A stretch of 52,110 bases of DNA from a virus (Duplodnaviria; Caudoviricetes), in IMG/VR virus record IMGVR_UViG_3300009528_000003, positions 1 through 52,110 of that record. One strand, 5' to 3'. A program made the position numbers and the translations under genes. The notes under the pieces are model-generated. The model was not told the origin of the DNA. It saw only the letters and a list, made by a program, of their open reading frames with translations, and made no database searches. Of the stretch, positions 1 through 7,974 are shown piece after piece; the stretch's first letter is position 1; each line of letters starts with the position of its first letter.

Positions 1-123
1 CACACACACAACATCTCTTAGTAACGGCATTGATCTTATTGAGATCAATGTTGGGGATGTTATAGCTAACATAGGTAAGGTCACAAGTGTTAAGGCATCG
101 AAATGTGATGGCGGCAATGAAGA
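1..123. repeat. Terminal direct repeat, copy 1 (circular-assembly overlap)
   Basis: 1-123 is identical to 51988-52110, and an ORF reads through the junction. Confidence 0.95.
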
Positions 124-248
124 AAGTAGCTTTGAATATACTCTACTTCAAACCCGCAAGATGCCGAGAGATTTTATTTGAAAGGAGAGTGATGCCTATA
201 GAGAACTGAAGCTCTACATGTAACTGTTGCACTCATTTCTGTAAGGCA

Positions 249-285
249 AGCCCCGCTGTGGATGATAGGCGGGGCTTTTGTTTGT
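249..285. terminator. Intrinsic terminator between convergent operons
   Basis: AAGCCCCGC...GCGGGGCTTTTGTTT hairpin where + and - strand gene blocks converge. Confidence 0.75.
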
Positions 286-293
286 TATAGCTC

Positions 294-479
294 TTAATCC
301 TTGTCATACAATTTGATGAGCTTGTCCGCCAACCAGTCCCAAACTTCTTTATCACACCATTGTTGGATTAGTTGGCTTACCTTAACAAGCTCTTCCTCTG
401 TCAGATCACGCTTGATCGTGTCCTCTGATAACAACTGGACATCTTCAACATCAATCGTCCAAATTATGTTTGCCATCAT
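294..479 (-). CDS. Hypothetical protein (leftward accessory operon)
   Basis: GAGGTG RBS; acidic, helical-looking 60-aa ORF. Confidence 0.6.
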   Translation of the reverse strand: MMANIIWTIDVEDVQLLSEDTIKRDLTEEELVKVSQLIQQWCDKEVWDWLADKLIKLYDKD

Positions 480-540
480 TTCACCTCTTTATTGTTTTCC
501 TGCTTCTCCGCCGCTCTCCTCGCTCCGTCTGTGTGCTTAC

Positions 541-729
541 TCATTGGGTTAGTCCTTTCGTGTTGGTTGAAGGATTTAACTCTTCTCGTAGCCAAGCAAT
601 CTCCTTATCTTTAGCTTCCATCTGTTTTTCCATATCCTCTGTCTGTGCCAAGAGAACACAAACAAGAAAATGCTTTCCTTCGTACAACTGCCTAAGTGAT
701 TTCCATTTTGATACATCAGGTTCCATCAT
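541..729 (-). CDS. Hypothetical protein
   Basis: AAAGGAGTG RBS; operon context. Confidence 0.6.
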   Translation of the reverse strand: MMEPDVSKWKSLRQLYEGKHFLVCVLLAQTEDMEKQMEAKDKEIAWLREELNPSTNTKGLTQ

Positions 730-750
730 CCACTCCTTTCGGGTTCTCGG

Positions 751-945
751 TTATTCCCTACAATCCTCAGCGTGGTGGGCTACGAAATGTATGTTGGTAC
801 TGTCTTTGAGTTTTTGGATCTCTTTCCTGTTGGCTTTGATCTCGGCGGCTATATTCAGAAGAAGATAATGAAGGGCAGATCCCGTCTCTCCTTCTGCGCG
901 GGTTTGCTCGAACCACCCATTCACCATTTTCTTTAGGTCTGCCAT
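751..945 (-). CDS. Hypothetical protein
   Basis: Start overlaps the upstream stop (TAATG). Confidence 0.6.
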   Translation of the reverse strand: MADLKKMVNGWFEQTRAEGETGSALHYLLLNIAAEIKANRKEIQKLKDSTNIHFVAHHAEDCRE

Positions 946-1172
946 TACGCACTCTCTGGCTTGGGGTTTTTAATTAGCGACTTGTCTCGTTTGGGTAGTG
1001 CAGTAAGTGGGTTAAGGTCGTTTTCTCGTCTGAGATCGTTCAAAGCATCTAAGGTCAAGTACCCAGCAGCTATCAGCCTATAATAGGCAGTATAGCCGCA
1101 GTCTGGACATTCAAAGTCGGCCTCGTCATTATCATCTAAATCCTCACCACAGTTAGGACATAAATGCTGCAT
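945..1172 (-). CDS. Zinc-ribbon protein (CPNCG...CPDCG); start approximate
   Basis: Two CxxC motifs; likely start MQHLCPNC inside ORF 945..1313. Confidence 0.6.
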   Translation of the reverse strand: MQHLCPNCGEDLDDNDEADFECPDCGYTAYYRLIAAGYLTLDALNDLRRENDLNPLTALPKRDKSLIKNPKPESA

Positions 1173-1176
1173 TCTC

Positions 1177-1572
1177 TCATACCTCCTGTTTAGGGTTAGT
1201 CGTCGTGAGCGGCTCGGCCTTAGCGATGGCGGCTTGTAGTACTTCCACAACGATTTTTTCCGCTTCCCAATCCTCTTTCGTCTCATGCCAAGCAAAAGCC
1301 TTACAAAGTGCAAGAGATTGCTTTGCGGCTTTCAGCAGCTCCGGGGCGGCTGTGATCAGATCAGCGTTGGCCATTGTTGTTTCATCGTCTAAATCGAAAT
1401 CAATATCTGCGGCATCGGGGCCGTATTGACGTGGACTATAAATAGGAATTATGTCTGCGATGTAGACTCCAGCATCGCCAGCTACAATTTCAGCATAGCC
1501 ATTTGAGTCTGGATGTTTTGGGCTATCGCTTATTCGCCAATCGCCCTCTGTGTATTTTGTCTGTGCCATCAT
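1177..1572 (-). CDS. Conserved phage hypothetical protein (YTEGDW...ANADLITAAPELL type)
   Basis: Motif pattern common in phage accessory genes; GAGG RBS. Confidence 0.7.
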   Translation of the reverse strand: MMAQTKYTEGDWRISDSPKHPDSNGYAEIVAGDAGVYIADIIPIYSPRQYGPDAADIDFDLDDETTMANADLITAAPELLKAAKQSLALCKAFAWHETKEDWEAEKIVVEVLQAAIAKAEPLTTTNPKQEV

Positions 1573-1576
1573 TGCC

Positions 1577-1813
1577 TCACTTTGTTTGAGTGTTTGTCAT
1601 TGCCCCGCTTTCAATGAGGGGCTTTCCACAGCCGTAACAAACCTTCCAATCAGCGGCAAGCTCTTCGGATTCTTGCTCGTCAAGTGGGGTAGGGCAACCT
1701 CTTGGATAGTCGTGCGGATTGTCAGCGTACATATTCTCTGCACATTGGGCAGAGCAAAATATACCCTCGGCTCTTTCGCCATGATTATAACCGTATTCGT
1801 ATAAGATCATCAC
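1577..1813 (-). CDS. Cys-containing hypothetical protein
   Basis: FCSAQC and CYGCG motifs; GGGAGTG RBS. Confidence 0.55.
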   Translation of the reverse strand: MMILYEYGYNHGERAEGIFCSAQCAENMYADNPHDYPRGCPTPLDEQESEELAADWKVCYGCGKPLIESGAMTNTQTK

Positions 1814-1833
1814 TCCCTACCTTGTTTGAGTGT

Positions 1834-2049
1834 TTAGGTTACTATAATGAGCTTACCTTTACTGCCATCGTAGGCTTTGCCGTAGACAGTAAAAAAATCA
1901 ATCGGGTCGTCCGGGTGATCGCAGGTGACAACAACCATACGACCGCCACGGATAGATTCAATTATGCCCCGGCAATGGCTACCATTGCGCTTGTGATACT
2001 CGACTGACTTGCCAATGTCAGCCTTGAGAATACGCCTGTTTGCCATCAT
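1834..2049 (-). CDS. Hypothetical protein (small beta-rich, SH3-like)
   Basis: GGGGAGTG RBS; operon context. Confidence 0.55.
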   Translation of the reverse strand: MMANRRILKADIGKSVEYHKRNGSHCRGIIESIRGGRMVVVTCDHPDDPIDFFTVYGKAYDGSKGKLIIVT

Positions 2050-2095
2050 ACACTCCCCGTCAAAAGGTTTAACTTTCTGTCATACTTGTCGGGCA

Positions 2096-2317
2096 TTAAG
2101 ACTCCAGGGAATTGAGACCCTTAACCTTGTCATTGTGAGCACGCTCCTTTAGCTCATGCAGATCCTTGACCGCAAGCTGGCTCAGGCGAACCCCAGGTGT
2201 CGTTCCAAAATAAAACCTTAGCAATGCCTCATATTGCCGGAAATTGGCCTCGGTCATAGATGCCTGAACCTTGTGTGTCTTGTTTTGCTTGCTGTTTGTC
2301 ATGTAATCCCTTCCCAT
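2096..2317 (-). CDS. Putative ribbon-helix-helix-like regulator, first gene of the leftward operon
   Basis: KVQASMTE beta strand followed by two helices; directly downstream of a promoter. Confidence 0.4.
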   Translation of the reverse strand: MGRDYMTNSKQNKTHKVQASMTEANFRQYEALLRFYFGTTPGVRLSQLAVKDLHELKERAHNDKVKGLNSLES

Positions 2318-2356
2318 TTATTGTTTACGTAAGGACTTCCTTCCTATCTTCGACAC

Positions 2357-2385
2357 AATGTAATCAATGCTTTGTAGCTTGTCAA
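2357..2385 (-). promoter_or_regulatory. Sigma70-type promoter for the leftward accessory operon
   Basis: Minus strand TTGACA-N17-TACATT. Confidence 0.7.
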
Positions 2386-2962
2386 GCCTTATTTCCACCC
2401 CAGACCTACTAAAATACTTATACACCACGATAAAAACTCTTTATGTCACCTCAGCAGTACTAGGAAATACCGACCCCCCATACTTGATGATGAATAACAG
2501 ACAAGTGAATAGGAAAGAAAGAGAGAAGGAATGAATCGGTGTGGTTTCCAGAAAGACTGTACCATTTGGTACACCTGTACCGTATGGTACACCTTGCATA
2601 ACCTTGCATACTCTCAACGGGGAAGTTATACTCCACTTAGTTGTGGTGGTGACTGGTGTCTAACCACTGTTCAATAGCACCTCAACAGCCAGTCAACAAC
2701 CACCCACCACCGCGCTATACCCACGCCTCCGTACTGCCTGCCAGTTGATTACCCCTTGTTGTCCCCTCATTTGACTACTATTCAACCCAGCTATACGAGT
2801 GCTCAATTATTGTGCATGGCCTGAACAGCAGTGTCTTAATGATGTTAAGTTGTTGCCCGATAACACCCCCACCCAGAAACGAGTCACCCCCAAGACCCGC
2901 CGGTATATCAATGGTCTCTGCACCTGCAATAATATATTATTATATTATCTTGTTATCAGCCA

Positions 2963-3172
2963 TTAGGTAGCCGTTGTGGGCTTATTTTTAGAGGTTGTTG
3001 GGGGCTTGCTGAGAAAGTATAGCAGTAACTTGTTGGTTGCAGTCAACACAATCTGGAGATCATCTCTCTGCTTGATAACTAAAGCTAAGGCTTCTCGGTA
3101 AGCCTCTATCTTATCCTTACTTGTTATCCTGTTGTTAGCCATAAGATTAACGCTCCAATCAGTGATACACAT
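2963..3172 (-). CDS. Hypothetical coiled-coil protein
   Basis: ORF track; heptad-like pattern. Confidence 0.45.
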   Translation of the reverse strand: MCITDWSVNLMANNRITSKDKIEAYREALALVIKQRDDLQIVLTATNKLLLYFLSKPPTTSKNKPTTAT

Positions 3173-3211
3173 AGGGGTATCAAGTGACTGTACTCATCTG
3201 TTGTTATCTTG

Positions 3212-3457
3212 TTATGGTGTATGGGGTTTGCATACGTTCGGCGCTATTTTCTCTTTCAGTTTTCTTATTTTTGTAAGTGTTTCTGATTTAGAGTGTTGGA
3301 GGGCATTATAGCGGGACATTGTTAGTTCATGTTTAGGTTGGGAGAACAGGAAGACTTCAGTTTCTTGTATGGTTAGGTTAAGAGACAGGAGTACACTTTC
3401 GAGTGCGGTGAGTTGTTCTTGGAGGATGAACTGCATTTTGTCCAATGTTGGTTTCAT
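3212..3457 (-). CDS. Hypothetical coiled-coil protein
   Basis: ORF track; purine-rich RBS region. Confidence 0.5.
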   Translation of the reverse strand: MKPTLDKMQFILQEQLTALESVLLSLNLTIQETEVFLFSQPKHELTMSRYNALQHSKSETLTKIRKLKEKIAPNVCKPHTP

Positions 3458-3611
3458 TTTCTCTCATTTCCCTCTTTTTCCTATTTCTTAATCTCCAGAA
3501 TCGCCGCCAAATGTTACCGGAAAGGCTGGTCTGACCCGACAAAATGGGAACTTGATATGGAGTTGTCTTCTTTCCAAGCAACGGATTAGGTGGTTTTCTA
3601 CGTTCAGTCAC
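3378..3611 (-). CDS. Hypothetical basic protein
   Basis: Strong TAAGGAGGT RBS before GTG; overlaps the next ORF. Confidence 0.4.
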   Translation of the reverse strand: MTERRKPPNPLLGKKTTPYQVPILSGQTSLSGNIWRRFWRLRNRKKREMRENETNIGQNAVHPPRTTHRTRKCTPVS

Positions 3612-3639
3612 TACTTACCTCCTTAAATTTCAACAGTTT

Positions 3640-4032
3640 TATCCCGGGGAGCCACCTTTCAGAGCTTTCGCTTCTGATTGGGACACACGTCCGATTCCCT
3701 GCGTGGGTCGGCCACGCTCGCTGTAGCCGTGCTTAACCTGAACATTACAGCGATCCGGGTGCTCTCCCTTGTTCCGCTTCGGGGCGGAATTTAGGGTCTG
3801 AGCCGTTATTCGGGCGATTTTTCGGATCGGGGCTTATTGTTGCTGCCCGACAGCCCGCAAGTACAATGTAACTGATCGAGGGTAGGGGGTATTGTTGGCG
3901 GCAGTGATAGTTCCCTACGGGTTATATGCTGCCTCAGCCCCTTGTTCTTGAATCAAAAGCCCGTCCGGCTGGCCGAGGCCAAACACGGACGGGTAGAAAG
4001 TGAGTCTTCTGAGTTTTTTTACTTTCTACCAT
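3640..4032 (-). ncRNA. Candidate structured non-coding RNA or 5' leader
   Basis: About 400 nt, GC-rich, no ORF of 60 aa or more, many hairpins; family not recognised. Confidence 0.4.
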
Positions 4033-4123
4033 GCCCCCAATAAAAATGTTTTATATCATAATGCAAGAAAAATCTTCCACTTTGGAAAGATTTTCTCAAA
4101 ATAGTGGCTAATTAGAGTGTGGG

Positions 4124-4330
4124 TCAGAACTTAGCTTTCTCATCATACAACACCCCGACATTGTAATCACAGGTTTGGCAGTTCCACGTTTTGCCCTGTG
4201 GGCCAGCGAAAACCAGTATCCATTCTGGATTCGGACTACCGCAATTTGGGCATACGTCTGGTTTTTTGGGGAAGTACCTGTTTGGTTCGCCCGGTTCTCT
4301 TGGGCGCATGATTATTTTTGGGTCAGTCAT
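4124..4330 (-). CDS. Zinc-ribbon protein (CPNCG...CQTC)
   Basis: Two CxxC motifs. Confidence 0.6.
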   Translation of the reverse strand: MTDPKIIMRPREPGEPNRYFPKKPDVCPNCGSPNPEWILVFAGPQGKTWNCQTCDYNVGVLYDEKAKF

Positions 4331-4363
4331 TTTGTCAGTTTTTCCTGTTATGCTTTACTTCCT

Positions 4364-4453
4364 TTATTTCCGAGTCATAAACAAATAAAAGGCTACCACG
4401 TAGATGACTCCGAGTATGATTCCTATTGCCCACAGTATTAAATCTGCAATCAT
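4364..4453 (-). CDS. Small single-TM peptide MIADLILWAIGIILGVIYVVAFYLFMTRK
   Basis: Translated by hand; AGGAGGT upstream; hydrophobic. Confidence 0.5.
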   Translation of the reverse strand: MIADLILWAIGIILGVIYVVAFYLFMTRK

Positions 4454-4487
4454 GTTTTTTCTTCTTTACCTCCTTGGAAAGATTTTC

Positions 4488-4682
4488 TCAGAAATCCTCA
4501 AACTGCTCAAGGGGGATTCCCTGACGTTTCAAGTTTAGGTAAAGCATGAACCAGTGGAGGCCGGTTGTATGGCGGACTTGGTCTTTTGGCTTTTTCTCCT
4601 CGGCCTCGATTTGCCGGAGGTGATTTAGCACTCGCTGGTGCCGGTGCTCATCCTTCCACTGCTGCTTTGTCATTTTTCTCAA
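4488..4682 (-). CDS. Hypothetical protein
   Basis: ORF track; tight operon packing. Confidence 0.5.
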   Translation of the reverse strand: MRKMTKQQWKDEHRHQRVLNHLRQIEAEEKKPKDQVRHTTGLHWFMLYLNLKRQGIPLEQFEDF

Positions 4683-4857
4683 ACTGCCATGCTTTTCGGT
4701 AATCTAATATCCCCGGAACATATTCCCTCGTTGGCCAGCCTCGGAGCCAGCAGTAGAGTCGTTTCAGGAAAGGATACGGCTCGTAGTATCCGAACATCGG
4801 GGCAAGTTTAGGTTCCAGCCGGAATATCTTATCGCCTATTTCCAGCTTCTCAGTCAT
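4648..4857 (-). CDS. Hypothetical protein (likely start MTEKLE)
   Basis: AGGGGG RBS; overlaps its neighbours. Confidence 0.45.
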   Translation of the reverse strand: MTEKLEIGDKIFRLEPKLAPMFGYYEPYPFLKRLYCWLRGWPTREYVPGILDYRKAWQFEKNDKAAVEG

Positions 4858-5101
4858 GCAGCCCCCTAATCTTTTTTCTGATTTCCTCATCGGACATATT
4901 ATCTTCAACCAATATCATTGCCCCTGGATGACCAGATTTGAGCCAACCTAATGAAGCGAGCCTCTTTTTTATATTGGGATGAACAGACTTCACTTCTGAC
5001 ATTATGTGCCCTTTCCCGCAGATCAAGCAAGGCACTGGCCATTTCCGGGTAACCTCTTTCCAAGCTTTATTGATAGCCTTCTGGAAAGAATCTTCAGTCA
5101 C
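4850..5101 (-). CDS. Hypothetical protein (CLICG)
   Basis: ORF track; overlapping start and stop. Confidence 0.5.
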   Translation of the reverse strand: MTEDSFQKAINKAWKEVTRKWPVPCLICGKGHIMSEVKSVHPNIKKRLASLGWLKSGHPGAMILVEDNMSDEEIRKKIRGLHD

Positions 5102-5360
5102 TACTCACCACCGCACATTCGTAGCAGGTATCTGAGAATCCCACCAGATGCTTCACCTGGCCGAGTTGGTCTATTACGGCAAAGTTCCTCTCGCCACATT
5201 CACAGAGGGGGTCTGGCGGTGGGATAAAAATGTTGTCACGTCGCAAGCATTTCGCCAATTTTCTCATACTCTCTCGGTATAAATAGTAATCGGCGGGAGT
5301 CCTTTCATGGTAGGGAATATCACTGCGTTGTTGTTCTTTAACTGTTGTTTCAGCCATCAT
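5094..5360 (-). CDS. Zinc-finger hypothetical protein (MMAETT..., CECG...CYEC)
   Basis: Likely internal start within ORF 5094..5747; Cys motifs. Confidence 0.5.
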   Translation of the reverse strand: MMAETTVKEQQRSDIPYHERTPADYYLYRESMRKLAKCLRRDNIFIPPPDPLCECGERNFAVIDQLGQVKHLVGFSDTCYECAVVSSD

Positions 5361-5546
5361 GCAAACAATATCACATTCCTCAATGCCGCAGTCAACAGTT
5401 ATTTGCCCGCCGGAATTATTTTCTGTAGCTGGAATCTTTTTCCTTGCAAAAATTATTAAACATGCAGATACTTGCAGAAAATAGGTAACTGACATATTGG
5501 CAGATTGTGACTGCCAGAATGGTTGTAATGATATTTGGAGGCTATA

Positions 5547-5867
5547 ATGATTAGTAAACGATCTGGGAAATGCCTGAACTGTGAACACTGTCTTGACTTC
5601 AACTTGGATTCCCCCTTCCCGATTACTTGTGGGAAAACGGGAGAATCTTCTGACAGGACTCTTGCTCAAAAAGCTAAATCTGATTATTGCCTTGATGGTG
5701 AACCCCAAATACCAGAAGATGCTCAATGTCCTAATTTCAGTGAGCAATTCGCTCCAACATTTGATCCCTCCATTATTGAGATTGTATCCACCTGGCCGAC
5801 TGAAAGGGCTAAAAAACAGGCTCGCATATTAGATGTTTCGGGTCAATGGGCATGGCTATATGAGTAG
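5547..5867 (+). CDS. Cys-rich hypothetical protein, first gene of the rightward block
   Basis: GGAGG RBS before ATG 5547; CLNCEHC. Confidence 0.6.
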   Translation: MISKRSGKCLNCEHCLDFNLDSPFPITCGKTGESSDRTLAQKAKSDYCLDGEPQIPEDAQCPNFSEQFAPTFDPSIIEIVSTWPTERAKKQARILDVSGQWAWLYE

Positions 5868-5879
5868 TTGGAGGCTAAT

Positions 5880-6488
5880 ATGATCTCTGTAACTATCACC
5901 AGGCATGGCAGAAGGGAGGGGCTTCTCAATATCGTTACGGGCAGACCAGGCCAATATATGGCAACACTAAATGATTTTGACGCTGACGATTCTCCCGGTT
6001 CCTGCCCTGGCGATCATGTGATTTGTGTCGAATTCAATTCCCGTCCCGATGATTGGCCTGAACATGAGATAATTCGCCCCTCCGACACCATGAAGCTGGT
6101 CGCCAAAGCCATGCAGCAGCTTTTCTCATTCGATTCACGATCTTCAGTCGTGGCTAAAACAGGCCGGGAAACCGCAATGGAGGCGATCAAAGACGGCGAT
6201 CCCGTAGAGGACATAGCCTTAGCTTACAGACCCAATCTATCGCCTGGCCAGTTTTTTGAATTTGAGGATACACACAGGGGAAGAAAAAAGGCGATTTTTG
6301 ACCTTATGCAGAAAGTGGCGAAGCTCGAAAAAGAGATGAAAGACTTGAAATTATCAGTGTGGTTAGCTGACAAGCGCCTAATAATCCTTGAACATCAGCG
6401 CTTTAAGGAATTGGATAGAAAAATGGAAGAACTCGACAAACGTGAGAAGGAACTCGAAATAAAGGAATCAAAATGCCACGTAAAATGA
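5880..6488 (+). CDS. Hypothetical protein with C-terminal coiled coil
   Basis: GGAGG RBS before ATG 5880. Confidence 0.65.
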   Translation: MISVTITRHGRREGLLNIVTGRPGQYMATLNDFDADDSPGSCPGDHVICVEFNSRPDDWPEHEIIRPSDTMKLVAKAMQQLFSFDSRSSVVAKTGRETAMEAIKDGDPVEDIALAYRPNLSPGQFFEFEDTHRGRKKAIFDLMQKVAKLEKEMKDLKLSVWLADKRLIILEHQRFKELDRKMEELDKREKELEIKESKCHVK

Positions 6489-6685
6489 CCACAATCGTAG
6501 TTGACGGGTTTGAGTACACCGTCCGGCCAGGGCTGAAAAAGGGTATTATCGACACCCTGAAGCCGTATGAGGGCACTAAGAAAGCTGTGGCACCGCCGGA
6601 AAAGCCGTCAGTTGAACCGGAAGTGAAAGCCGAGAAAACCAAAAAGAAGGCCGAAAAGCCGAAGAAGAAAAGTTGGTTAAAGTAG
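6485..6685 (+). CDS. Lys-rich hypothetical protein
   Basis: ORF track; ATGA-type coupling region. Confidence 0.5.
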   Translation: MTTIVVDGFEYTVRPGLKKGIIDTLKPYEGTKKAVAPPEKPSVEPEVKAEKTKKKAEKPKKKSWLK

Positions 6686-6882
6686 CCCGCTCACAACCCG
6701 ATTTCGACCTGAAATCGCACCTCCGGCAGCTTGTGGCTGATGAGGAGAAAAAGCTGATCACCGGCGCTCTGAACTACACACGTTGGAACCGGCGGAAAGC
6801 GGCGGAACTGCTGAACATCAGCTACCGCTGCCTTCTCTACAAGATCAAGGAGTATGATCTGCATTCCAAAAAGGAGACCTGA
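6673..6882 (+). CDS. Stand-alone Fis/NtrC C-terminal type HTH protein
   Basis: EEKKLITGALNYTRWNRRKAAELLNISYRCLLYKIKEY matches the HTH_8 pattern. Confidence 0.8.
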   Translation: MVKVARSQPDFDLKSHLRQLVADEEKKLITGALNYTRWNRRKAAELLNISYRCLLYKIKEYDLHSKKET

Positions 6883-7271
6883 TGTCTCTCGGATACTCCA
6901 ACAGACGAGAGGATTCCAAGTACGATGTTAAGGCTGGCACGATTCTGGAACTGAAGAAGATCAGGCGCAAGTACAATCCCAAAATCACTACCACCGTAGA
7001 CCACAAAGTCCAGCTCTGGATTCAAAGCCTCGGGGTGCTGAGAGAGGGGAGACGCCCGCAACAAAGGACAGCCCGTGTTCTTTTCCTTTTCGTCCCCCTA
7101 AATGCTGAGTACAAAGACAGATACATGATGTGGGAAGAACGGGTGCAGATTATAAGCCTGATTCGAGGATACTTGAGGGGGGGCTATAAAGTGCTTGCAA
7201 CCGACATACCGTATTATCGGAAAATGCACCACTACGAGAAACCCTACCGAGTTATGGGCATTATCCAGTAG
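6882..7271 (+). CDS. Hypothetical protein
   Basis: AAGGAG RBS; TGATG coupling. Confidence 0.65.
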   Translation: MSLGYSNRREDSKYDVKAGTILELKKIRRKYNPKITTTVDHKVQLWIQSLGVLREGRRPQQRTARVLFLFVPLNAEYKDRYMMWEERVQIISLIRGYLRGGYKVLATDIPYYRKMHHYEKPYRVMGIIQ

Positions 7272-7313
7272 CAACCGTCTGCTACCCTTAAATACTCTCT
7301 TAAAGCAGTTTCT

Positions 7314-7406
7314 TGCACATAAATTGTGCATACCGTTGCAGAAAACCTGCAACAGTCATTGCCGCATTTAGTTTTCGATTCCTCTTGACTGCACAATAAT
7401 TGTGCG
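7314..7406. promoter_or_regulatory. Cluster of palindromic operator-like sites upstream of terS
   Basis: TGCACATAAATTGTGCA (7314-7330), TTGCAGAAAACCTGCAA (7336-7352), TGCACAATAATTGTGCG (7390-7406). Confidence 0.5.
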
Positions 7407-7419
7407 TAGTCAGTGCGGT

Positions 7420-7974
7420 ATGGGAACTAAACCGCCCGACCCAGAAAAGTTTTCCCTACCGCCCAATGATGAGCGGGATAGAATTCTGGCTGAAATGACG
7501 ACCAAGCAGCGGGATACTGCTCTGGCTTACATAAAAGACCCTGGTATCTCCAAAGCCGAAGCTGCCCGTCGTGGTGGCTACAAGTTTACCCGGAATAGCC
7601 GCATTCAGCAGGTTTTCAAGCCAATAGTTAAAAAATTGGGGGCTGTGCTCCGCAAGGAGTTCGGTGTGACTGACATTGATATTGCTCGTGTGGTGTTCGA
7701 TGCGATCAATGCGGTAAAGGTTAAGGTGGTTTACAGGAAGACTTTCTCGGAGGATGGCAAACTGATTAAAAGCGAACCAGTTACTATCCGTAATCCTGAC
7801 CATTCTATCCGTCTGAAGGCAGTCGCTCTCGCCACAAGAACTCCACTATTCGCTCCCCATATCAATATCGACCTGAGAACGACCACAGATCAGACCTCCG
7901 TGGATGCTCTGAATGACCGGATGCGGAGAAACGAGGTTAAAGCAGAATTCGAGGTTGAAAATGCCGTCAGTTGA
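7420..7974 (+). CDS. terS: Terminase small subunit
   Basis: HTH-like KAEAARRGGY; PDHSIRLKAV motif; immediately upstream of terL. Confidence 0.75.
   Translation: MGTKPPDPEKFSLPPNDERDRILAEMTTKQRDTALAYIKDPGISKAEAARRGGYKFTRNSRIQQVFKPIVKKLGAVLRKEFGVTDIDIARVVFDAINAVKVKVVYRKTFSEDGKLIKSEPVTIRNPDHSIRLKAVALATRTPLFAPHINIDLRTTTDQTSVDALNDRMRRNEVKAEFEVENAVS

Noticed and set aside
1-123. Biological terminal repeat of the virion DNA
   Set aside because: It falls in the middle of an ORF that reads through the junction, so an assembler circular overlap is more likely.
2400-4100. CRISPR or mini-array in the non-coding regions
   Set aside because: The repeats are short, few and lack regular spacers.
5361-5747. 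N-terminal half of the 217-aa minus-strand ORF 5094..5747
   Set aside because: It overlaps the divergent intergenic region and the RBS-supported + strand gene at 5547. The real start is more likely near 5360.
6935-6950. Sigma54 promoter TGGCACGATTCTGG
   Set aside because: It lacks the -12 TTGC element and lies inside a CDS.
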